From the NCBI GenBank assembly GCA_964369115.1, contig CAYJED010000006.1, positions 1 to 56,368 of the forward strand: a stretch of 56,368 nucleotides of DNA, in the 5' to 3' direction. This document shows positions 44,576 to 52,495 of this stretch, one piece after another (positions within the stretch are counted from its first letter, which is position 1; each line of letters starts with the position of its first letter). The notes beneath the pieces are model-generated. The model ran no database searches. It saw only the letters and a program-made list of their open reading frames with translations, and was not told the origin of the DNA. This stretch comes from an uncultured Candidatus Saccharibacteria bacterium (lineage in GTDB: Bacteria > Patescibacteriota > Minisyncoccia > Phycocordibacterales > UBA5272). The position numbers and the translations under genes are program-made.

Positions 44576-46859
44576 TTTAAAAAAAACCCAAAATCGGAGA
44601 AAAGGGTTTCTTCTTGTTGAAATACTTTTAGCTAGCTCTATTTTTGTGTTGTTCGTTACCGCATTTGCTGGTGTTTTTTACTACGGTATCCAGTCTTCTT
44701 CTTTTTCGGGAGATAGAGCCAGAGCAACAATACTAGCAGAAGAAGGACAGGAGGCTGTGAGAAGTATTAAGAACCTTAACTTTTCTCTTTTAAGTGATGG
44801 AACATATGGCCTTAGTTATGTGGGAGGGGAGTGGGTGTTTTCAGGTACCCAAGATGTAAATGGTGCTTACACAAGATCGGTAAAAATTACCACGATAACG
44901 CCAAACAGAAAAGAGGCGGAAGTAACCGTTACGTGGCCTCAACTCTCAGGGAAAATAGGAACCTTAACAACAACAACACGCTTAACAAACTGGAAAACCA
45001 TTATTGATTTAGGTACTGGTCTTATGGTAAACAAAGTTGTTATTAATCATGGGAAAAATAAAACTGCAGCAGATTTTGCTCCCTATCGTGTTGGGACTGC
45101 AACTGTACAGTTAGCTTCCTCCACCATCTTTCCTTCAGGAACCTATACAGTAAGTGAGACCGTTGATTCCAATTACACCCAAACATTTAGTGGTGACTGT
45201 AATGCTTTAGGTCAAGTTACCCTTGCTTCAGGTACAGCAAAACTATGCACCATAACAAATGAAGAGAAGCTTTCTTATATAACCCTTACATCATCCGTTA
45301 CAAATAATGGGGGAAACAAAACAGTTAGTCACTTTGCTCCCTATAAAGCTGGTTCAACAACTGTACTTTTAAATACTCTGACTCCAATTGATTCAGGTGC
45401 ATATATGATTACACAAAGTAGTGACCCTAATTATAACGTTACTTTCACAGGAGATTGTTTTACTAATGGCTCTATTACTATTGACTCTAATCAGTCACGA
45501 ACATGTCACATATCAAATGTTGAAGTTATTACAGGTAACACAACGCAGTCACTTCCTGGAATTATGATTTATGGTGACGGGTCAAATATTCCAAAGTATA
45601 GAACCTTTGATCATGAGAATAACGTGTTTAGTGCGGAAACTGGAACATTCGTTGCAACAGTTGGACCAACATGGCTTTTGCGTACTTCACCAACACAACA
45701 TATAGCACTTGCTGGGTATTATGATAATACAGGAACACTCACTATCATGTGTTTTGATGGATCAAATTGGACAAAAGAATTTGAGGCGGCTTCAGGAGGT
45801 GTGGGTAATCGTCATCGTTTTGATATTGCTTTTGAAAAGACATCAGGAGATGCGATGGTTATTTTTAGTAAAGGTCAACATGTATTTAGTCAGCTGGGGT
45901 GGCGCACAAAAGCAGGAGACACTGCTTGTGGGGCTGGCTGGGCAGCAGAAACACTTCTTGATCCGTTGCGAACATCTAATGACATTATGTACGTTAAGCT
46001 TGCTCAAGATAGACGCGAAGGCTCAAACCTTCTTGCCGTGACATGGGTAGACACAAGTGAAGACATATCTGCAAAAATGTGGAACGGAACGTCTTGGGTA
46101 AATGAACCTTCGTCTGTTACGGATAATAATCTTGAGAGAATCAGTTCTTCTCATGATATTGAAAATATGGATATTGAGTTTGAGTCCCTCTCTGGAGATC
46201 TTATGCTTGTATGGTCTAACGCAAATGGTACAAATGGTACAAATGGTGCGCGCTATAGAATGTGTAATGGAGGCGTTGCTGCGTGTACATGGGGTGCTGT
46301 AACGACACCACCAACATTTGCAGATGACGCAACAAGTTTAGATATTGCAGCTAATCCAAATACTGATGAGATCGTTTTTGCTTCAATAGGAAATGCTGGA
46401 GGCGATCTTCAGTTAGGGTACTGGAATGGTACAGCGTGGACCAACACAGCAAATGCCGATACTTCATGTACCGTTCCTTATGTCGGCTCAAAGCTTGTAA
46501 CAACAGGGTGGCTTATTAATGGTAGTACCACAAGATCTGTTGTTGTATACGCTGATTTAAGTTCAGGAAATATAAACTGGTATTCTGGTAATGGGGGAGT
46601 GTTTACTCGTCAGCCAGATTTCACACCATCATCACCTATTGCTTCACCTCGAGGGTATATGGAGATTTTTATGAATCCTCGAGATAAGTCACAGCTTATG
46701 TACATGACATCAGATAACGCAAGGGATCTTTATGCTAAGCGTCTTATTATGACGGGAACTTCTACACTTACATGGACAAACTCAGACGGTGGACCTCTTG
46801 AAACAACTTTACCTCAAATTATTTCATCACCATTTGGTTTTGCGTTTTGGCATAAGTAA
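44550..46859 (+). CDS. Giant pilin-like protein (769 aa): prepilin N-terminus, two tandem Cys-pair domains, W-rich repeat C-terminal region
   Basis: ..NRRKG|FLLVEILL prepilin motif. Two ~78-aa repeats (NHGKNKTAADFAPYRVG..GDC..C.I.N.E). The C-terminal 450 aa carry a recurring D-I-x-F/A-E ... W-N-G-T/S-x-W pattern. Confidence 0.85.
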   Translation: MKKEPLIINLKKTQNRRKGFLLVEILLASSIFVLFVTAFAGVFYYGIQSSSFSGDRARATILAEEGQEAVRSIKNLNFSLLSDGTYGLSYVGGEWVFSGTQDVNGAYTRSVKITTITPNRKEAEVTVTWPQLSGKIGTLTTTTRLTNWKTIIDLGTGLMVNKVVINHGKNKTAADFAPYRVGTATVQLASSTIFPSGTYTVSETVDSNYTQTFSGDCNALGQVTLASGTAKLCTITNEEKLSYITLTSSVTNNGGNKTVSHFAPYKAGSTTVLLNTLTPIDSGAYMITQSSDPNYNVTFTGDCFTNGSITIDSNQSRTCHISNVEVITGNTTQSLPGIMIYGDGSNIPKYRTFDHENNVFSAETGTFVATVGPTWLLRTSPTQHIALAGYYDNTGTLTIMCFDGSNWTKEFEAASGGVGNRHRFDIAFEKTSGDAMVIFSKGQHVFSQLGWRTKAGDTACGAGWAAETLLDPLRTSNDIMYVKLAQDRREGSNLLAVTWVDTSEDISAKMWNGTSWVNEPSSVTDNNLERISSSHDIENMDIEFESLSGDLMLVWSNANGTNGTNGARYRMCNGGVAACTWGAVTTPPTFADDATSLDIAANPNTDEIVFASIGNAGGDLQLGYWNGTAWTNTANADTSCTVPYVGSKLVTTGWLINGSTTRSVVVYADLSSGNINWYSGNGGVFTRQPDFTPSSPIASPRGYMEIFMNPRDKSQLMYMTSDNARDLYAKRLIMTGTSTLTWTNSDGGPLETTLPQIISSPFGFAFWHK

Positions 46860-46862
46860 AAT

Positions 46863-47384
46863 ATGTTTAAAAATCCTAGTACACCTCTAAAAGGGTTCAC
46901 TCTCGTGGAAATGCTTTTGTATGTTTCTATCTGTTCTATCTTTCTCTTTTCTGTCTCTTTATTGATGGGGTCTCTCGCTTCTTCTCGTGTTAAAAATCAG
47001 GTCGTTAACGAGGTTAATCAGCAAGGGTTTCAGGTTATGCATCTTATGACTCAAACAATAAGAAATGCTCGCAGTATTGAATATCCCGCACGAGGAACAA
47101 GCTCTAGTACGCTTCAGCTTACAACAGGAGATCCTATCCTTAACCCAACCTTCTTCTTTGCGAGCTCGTCTGTTTTATATAGCAGAGAAGGAAGTGCATT
47201 ACCACTCTCTCTTACAAATAAAAAAGTATTAGTGAATAATCTTATTTTTGAAAATATTTCCGCAAGCACATCGCTTGAACAAGTTATTAAAATTAGATTT
47301 ACTATAGACTATGATGCAAAAGATTTAAAGGAGGGGTATATTTTTTCTAAAAACTTTTCTGGAACTGCAACACTAAGAAAATAG
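46863..47384 (+). CDS. Prepilin-type minor pilin
   Basis: ..PLKG|FTLVEMLLYV class III signal peptide. Confidence 0.85.
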   Translation: MFKNPSTPLKGFTLVEMLLYVSICSIFLFSVSLLMGSLASSRVKNQVVNEVNQQGFQVMHLMTQTIRNARSIEYPARGTSSSTLQLTTGDPILNPTFFFASSSVLYSREGSALPLSLTNKKVLVNNLIFENISASTSLEQVIKIRFTIDYDAKDLKEGYIFSKNFSGTATLRK

Positions 47385-47397
47385 TCTTTACGTATAT

Positions 47398-47805
47398 ATG
47401 AAATATTTTTTCCATACAAAATTTCGCCAAGGGTACATAGCGCTTCTTTCTGTAATTGTGGTTGCGGCTGCTGCAACAGCAATCATGACATCTGTTATTT
47501 CTTCTGGTGTACTTGCAACAAAGACAGATTTTTCACTTCAGCAGTTTGGTGGTGCAAGAGGGTATGCTACCTCGTGTGCTGAAGAAGCTTTGCAAGTAAT
47601 TCTTGAAACAAGAACAACATCTTCCTCTTCTTTGCTTACTTTCCCTCAAGGGTTTTGTTCTTATAGGATTTTCCAAAATGGAAGCACTCTCACTGTACAT
47701 GCTTCTGGGACTGTTGGCAGTATAACCAGTAAAATAAGGGTTTTAATAGCGTCAACCACCCCATCAATTACGTTATCCTCATGGGAGGAGGTAGGAGACT
47801 TCTAA
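47398..47805 (+). CDS. PilX-like minor pilus protein (no E+5)
   Basis: ..FRQG|YIALLSVIVVAAAATAI hydrophobic N-terminus, and its position within the pilin block. Confidence 0.6.
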   Translation: MKYFFHTKFRQGYIALLSVIVVAAAATAIMTSVISSGVLATKTDFSLQQFGGARGYATSCAEEALQVILETRTTSSSSLLTFPQGFCSYRIFQNGSTLTVHASGTVGSITSKIRVLIASTTPSITLSSWEEVGDF

Positions 47806-47961
47806 AGGGGTATTTGTTTGATATACTTAAAATACAGGTTTCTTAAGGGTGTTTCCTGTGACAAAAAACTTTTCTACAGTTTTCTTGCACGCAAACCCGC
47901 ATGTGTTTTTTATTTAAAAGTTTAATTAGTTTTTTGAATACAACGTATTCTTTATATTTTT

Positions 47962-48417
47962 ATGAAAAAAGTACTACGTAACCAGAAAGGGTTTACTCTT
48001 ATTGAAATCCTTCTTGTGGTTGCAGCTATTGCAATTCTTGCTGGTATCGTTATTGTTGCGATCAACCCAGCAAAACAGTTAGGAGATACACGTAACGCTG
48101 ATCGTCGTGCCGCTGTTAACACTATTCTTAATGCAGTAACTCAGTATGCTGTAGATAATAACGGTGTTCTTCCAGTAGGAATTACAGCATCTTCAACAGA
48201 AATCTGTTCTTCATCTGTTGCCACATCTTCATGTGCAAGTTTTGTTGATCTCTCAGTTCTTACTCTTGATGGTAAGTATCTTGGGGCTATTCCAAACGAA
48301 CCACAGAAGCAAAATGCAAATGGTGCAGGGTACATGATTTCTCGTAACACAACAGGACGTGTTACTGTGACTGCTCAGTATCCAGAACAGGAAGCATCAA
48401 TCTCAGTAACTCGTTAA
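47962..48417 (+). CDS. Type IV major-pilin-like prepilin
   Basis: MKKVLRNQKG|FTLIEILLVVAAIAILAGIVI. Small (151 aa). Preceded by a 156-nt untranslated spacer, so it possibly has its own promoter. Confidence 0.85.
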   Translation: MKKVLRNQKGFTLIEILLVVAAIAILAGIVIVAINPAKQLGDTRNADRRAAVNTILNAVTQYAVDNNGVLPVGITASSTEICSSSVATSSCASFVDLSVLTLDGKYLGAIPNEPQKQNANGAGYMISRNTTGRVTVTAQYPEQEASISVTR

Positions 48418-48436
48418 TTGTTATATAACGCTGTGC

Positions 48437-49237
48437 ATGATTACATGGTTCTCTGAGAAAACAAAAACCCCATCTTCACAAAAAAATGATGATTTTGTGG
48501 CGGTTGCTTCTCACGAGTTACGTTCACCTCTCTCCGTTATTAAGTGGTACACAGAAATTCTCCTTGATGAGGATGCGGGTGAACTTAACGAAACACAAAA
48601 GAAGTATCTTAGTGTTATAGAACTAAATAATCAGCGCGCAATAGATCTTGTAAGGTCTTTACTAAACGTATCCAGGTTAGACCTGGATACGTTTAGTATT
48701 TCACCGGAACTTGTTTCTCTGGAAGAGGTTATTGAAGAACAGCTTGCTTCTTACGCAAACCTTGCATTGAAGAAAAATATAAAAATTGAGCAACATACAT
48801 CAAAAGATGTTATCCCTGCTGTGCTGGTGGATAAGCATCTCCTTGCTCTTATTGTAAGAGAAATTATAACTAATGCGATTAATTTTTCTCGAAAAGATGA
48901 AATAATTTCCGTTGAAGTTTCTCAGCAAAAAGAGTGTCGCACAGTTAATGGTGTTTTTCTTAAGGAAGATACTTTTATTATTTCTTTTAAAGATCAAGGT
49001 ATCGGAATACCAAAAGAAGATATTGATAAGATTTTTGAAAAGATGTCTAGGGCAAGCAATAGTAACTATGTAGAAACTAATGGCTCAGGTCTTGGCCTTT
49101 ACATTGTAAGAGAGTTACTTAAACGTTGTAACGGATATATTTGGTGTGAATCAACTCTAGGTAAAGGTTCCACCTTTTATGTTGCTATCCCTAAGGAAGG
49201 TATGCCTAAAAAAGAAGGCAGAACAACTCTTGATTAG
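48437..49237 (+). CDS. Cytoplasmic histidine kinase core (HisKA + HATPase_c only)
   Basis: H-box VASHELRSPLS begins about 20 aa from the N-terminus. N-box NAINFS and G-box GSGLGLYIV. No TM or sensor domain. Confidence 0.88.
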   Translation: MITWFSEKTKTPSSQKNDDFVAVASHELRSPLSVIKWYTEILLDEDAGELNETQKKYLSVIELNNQRAIDLVRSLLNVSRLDLDTFSISPELVSLEEVIEEQLASYANLALKKNIKIEQHTSKDVIPAVLVDKHLLALIVREIITNAINFSRKDEIISVEVSQQKECRTVNGVFLKEDTFIISFKDQGIGIPKEDIDKIFEKMSRASNSNYVETNGSGLGLYIVRELLKRCNGYIWCESTLGKGSTFYVAIPKEGMPKKEGRTTLD

Positions 49238-49246
49238 TTCTTATAG

Positions 49247-49278
49247 AAAAATACCCTCCTAATAAGAGGGTATTTTTC
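49247..49278. terminator. Bidirectional terminator between convergent genes
   Basis: 13-bp stem gaaaaataccctc/gagggtatttttc. Confidence 0.7.
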
Positions 49279-49280
49279 TA

Positions 49281-50795
49281 TTACATTCCATGAAGCACCG
49301 TAATGTTTGCACCTATACTGTTTAGTCGTTCCGCAATATCTGCATAGCCACGTTTAATTGAATAGACATTACGAAGTACAGAGGTTCCTTCAGAAGCTAA
49401 CATTGCAATTAAAATAATTGCTGTGGGGCGAAGTGCGGGAGGGGATACGATTTGGGCGCCACGAAGTTTTTTAACCCCGGTTACAAGCGCTCTGTGAGGG
49501 TCAAGAAGTTTGATATCTGCTCCAAGACGATTAAGCTCAGTAAAGTAGATAGCTCTATTTTCCCATGTCCAGTCGTGGATAAGTGTCTGCCCATCTGCAA
49601 AACAGGTTATTGGAACGAAAAATGGAAGATTGTCATTATTGATTCCGGGATACGGTTGGGTATGTATCTTATCGTGTGGAGCAGTAAGTTTAGAAGGAGA
49701 GACGGTAATATCAGTAAGAACTGTTCTTCCGTTTTTTGCGAGGTATTCTTTTCCTAGTTTATATTTCAACCCCATACGTTTGAGCTTTTCAAGCTCAAGA
49801 GTTAAAAAATCAATCGGACATCTACTTACTGTTAAGGTTGATTTTGTTACAATTCCAGCAGACAAAAAGAACATACTTTCAATAGGATCTTCACTATTGT
49901 AATGTTCAATGTTTAAATTAATATTTTTCTTTCCGTGAACAATAAGCGTTGTTGTTCCCACACCTTCAATATGTACACCGAAAGATTGAAGTAAAAAACA
50001 AACATCCTGCACTTGATAATTTGGAGGTGCAAATTTAATAGTAGTTACTCCTTCAATTTTTGAAGCAGCAATAAGAGCTGTAATTGCTCCGGTATCTGAA
50101 GATTCATAAAGTGGAATAACACCTGGCTTTAATTTTTTATAGCTAATTGCATAATGATTTTCTTTTGTAACAACTGTTACACCAAGATAATCGAGTGCGA
50201 ATTTATGTGAAGCAACAGTACGTTCACCCATCTTACATCCTCCAGAATGAGGGATGGTGAATGTATTTCCGTAATGAATAAACGCTCCAGCAAAAGTAAA
50301 AGATCGTATTTTTTCTGCCACATCAGTATTCATGTTCTTAAACGAAAGTTTTTTTGGTGGAATTATTTCAAGGGCTGTTTCGTTATGTATCCAACGAATT
50401 TTCACCCCAATACTTTCTAGGAGCTCTTTATAGCGATACACCTCTTCAATGTGAGGAATATTGCGAAGGGTGGTGGTTCCGCTATTTACAAGAGCTGCTA
50501 CCATCATGGTAATTGCTCCGTTTTTTGAAGTATTTGTTGCAATTGTCCCCGAAAGCTTTTTCCCGCCTTCGACCTTAAAATCAATAGTATTTTGAATACT
50601 TACAATATTCCTATTGAGAACTTCTCCCATTTTAAGAAGTTGTTCAATCGTAACATTTTGATTTCCTGACTCAATACGAGCAACGGCAGACTGAGAAGTT
50701 TTTAGGCGTTTTGCAAACTCTTCTTGAGTTATTCCTTGGGATTCTCTTAGTTTTTTTATTGTTGCACCTATTTTTTGTTGCTCATGTGGTTCCAT
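49281..50795 (-). CDS. murA: XRE-type HTH domain fused to UDP-N-acetylglucosamine 1-carboxyvinyltransferase
   Basis: The N-terminal ~65 aa are IKKLRESQGITQEEFAKRLKTSQSAVARIESGNQNVTIEQL (HTH_3). The remaining ~430 aa are MurA-like (FKVEGGKKLSGT..SKNGA, active-site GGCKMGERTV, C-terminal IKRGYADI..L.S.GA). Confidence 0.85.
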   Translation of the reverse strand: MEPHEQQKIGATIKKLRESQGITQEEFAKRLKTSQSAVARIESGNQNVTIEQLLKMGEVLNRNIVSIQNTIDFKVEGGKKLSGTIATNTSKNGAITMMVAALVNSGTTTLRNIPHIEEVYRYKELLESIGVKIRWIHNETALEIIPPKKLSFKNMNTDVAEKIRSFTFAGAFIHYGNTFTIPHSGGCKMGERTVASHKFALDYLGVTVVTKENHYAISYKKLKPGVIPLYESSDTGAITALIAASKIEGVTTIKFAPPNYQVQDVCFLLQSFGVHIEGVGTTTLIVHGKKNINLNIEHYNSEDPIESMFFLSAGIVTKSTLTVSRCPIDFLTLELEKLKRMGLKYKLGKEYLAKNGRTVLTDITVSPSKLTAPHDKIHTQPYPGINNDNLPFFVPITCFADGQTLIHDWTWENRAIYFTELNRLGADIKLLDPHRALVTGVKKLRGAQIVSPPALRPTAIILIAMLASEGTSVLRNVYSIKRGYADIAERLNSIGANITVLHGM

Positions 50796-50851
50796 AGTAT
50801 TTTTAATTATATCATATGTGATATATTAAAAGATCTGTGGATTTCTAGCTT

Positions 50852-52123
50852 TTAAGCAAAAAAAGATTCAATCGTAAATAATGATATCGTTCCCATAATA
50901 AATATAGTCACCCCGACAAGAATATTACTTAATCGTCCGTTCACCTTTTCTCCAAGAATTCTTTTATTGTTTGCAATTATAAGGATAACAATAAGAAGAG
51001 GGGCTGCTAAAATTCCATTTGCTGCTGCTGAATAGTAAAGCATGAGAATAGGGTCAATATTTGAAAAATTAAGAAGTACTCCAACTAAGATGGAAATAGT
51101 AATAATGCCATAAAAGCCAAAAGCTTGTTTAAATGTTTTATTTAACCCAAGAGGAAGGTTATAGCTTTCTGAAAAAGCGTATGCAACAGCTCCGGCGAGC
51201 ACTGGAACAGCAAGGAGACCTGTCCCTAAAATACCAAAAGCAAAAAGATATACTGCAAAATCTCCTGCAAGCGGACGAAGTGCTTCTGCGAGTTGTGTTG
51301 CTGAGGTAATCGCTACGGCACCGTCTTTTCCAAGCGTAGAAGATGCTGTAATCATAATAAAGAAGGCTACAAGGTTTGAAAGAAACATCCCTATTACTGT
51401 GTCTGAGCGCATCTGGTGAAGGTCGTGTTTAGTGATTTTTGGTCGCCCTTTACCAAAGTCTGCAATTTTCTTTTTTTCAATTTCTTCCTCAACTTCTTCA
51501 TCTGCTTGCCAAAAGAAAAGGTAAGGAGAAATGGTTGTTCCAAAAAACGCTGTCATGTTAAAAAGAAACTCTTTATTCCATTCAATGGTAGGAATAAGTA
51601 AAGAAAACGTAATGCTTTTCCAGTCTTGTTGTACAAAAAAAGCAGTAATTACGTAAGCTAGTACGGTTGCAGCAAAGTATTTAAGAATTTTGGCGTATGT
51701 TTTGTATGGAATAAGAGCAGCAGAAACTACGGTAAAAACAGTAATGAGAATAAGCGCGAGTCCGAAAGGGATAGGGCTAATCATGCTTGTTGCTTGCCCC
51801 ATTGCACCTAAGTCTGCGCCAATATTTATAACATTTGCAATTGTAAGCAGGATTACTGCAAACAAAAGAACAGCCCTAGAGTAATGAGATTTAATGACAC
51901 CTGCAAGACCTTTGCCGGTCACCATGCCTATACGACCGCACATCTCTTGTACGGCCACCATAAGTGGGAAAGAATAAACAGCTAACCATAACTGAGAGAG
52001 GCCAAAAAGTGCCCCTGTTTGAGCGTACGTCGCAATTCCGGATGGATCATCGTCAGCGACTCCTGTAACAAAGCCTGGGCCAAGTAATTTACTGATTCGC
52101 TTAAGAAGGAGTCGAGGAGTCAT
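50852..52123 (-). CDS. NRAMP-family divalent metal transporter
   Basis: GPGFVTGVADDDPSGIATYAQTGA and about 11 hydrophobic segments. Confidence 0.8.
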   Translation of the reverse strand: MTPRLLLKRISKLLGPGFVTGVADDDPSGIATYAQTGALFGLSQLWLAVYSFPLMVAVQEMCGRIGMVTGKGLAGVIKSHYSRAVLLFAVILLTIANVINIGADLGAMGQATSMISPIPFGLALILITVFTVVSAALIPYKTYAKILKYFAATVLAYVITAFFVQQDWKSITFSLLIPTIEWNKEFLFNMTAFFGTTISPYLFFWQADEEVEEEIEKKKIADFGKGRPKITKHDLHQMRSDTVIGMFLSNLVAFFIMITASSTLGKDGAVAITSATQLAEALRPLAGDFAVYLFAFGILGTGLLAVPVLAGAVAYAFSESYNLPLGLNKTFKQAFGFYGIITISILVGVLLNFSNIDPILMLYYSAAANGILAAPLLIVILIIANNKRILGEKVNGRLSNILVGVTIFIMGTISLFTIESFFA

Positions 52124-52171
52124 ATTGGGTAAAGTATATCAAATAATGCTACTTTCTTTTATACTGTTCTT

Positions 52172-52495
52172 ATGAAGTCCTCTCCTTTTCTTGATTATGT
52201 TTTGTGCGACCTTTTTGGTGACGCTACGGAAATTACCTATCGCCCTATGATGGGCGGATTTGTGCTTTATTATGATGGTAAACCGTTTGCCTTGGTAGAC
52301 GATGAGTTGCTCTATTTTAAAGGTTCAAAAGAAACAAAGGCTTGGTACGAAGAAAGAGGTGGTGAGCAATTTTCATACACAAAACAGGGGAAAGATGTGC
52401 GCCTTTATTATTTTTCTGTTCCAGAAGAAGTAATGGAAAATAATGATGCATTTGACGAGTGGACTTTTACTGCTCTTTCTGTGAAAGAAAATTAG
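52172..52495 (+). CDS. TfoX N-terminal-domain protein
   Basis: ..YRPMMGGFVLYYDGKPFALVDDELLYFKG.. matches the TfoX_N pattern. 107 aa, with no TfoX C-terminal domain. Confidence 0.7.
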   Translation: MKSSPFLDYVLCDLFGDATEITYRPMMGGFVLYYDGKPFALVDDELLYFKGSKETKAWYEERGGEQFSYTKQGKDVRLYYFSVPEEVMENNDAFDEWTFTALSVKEN

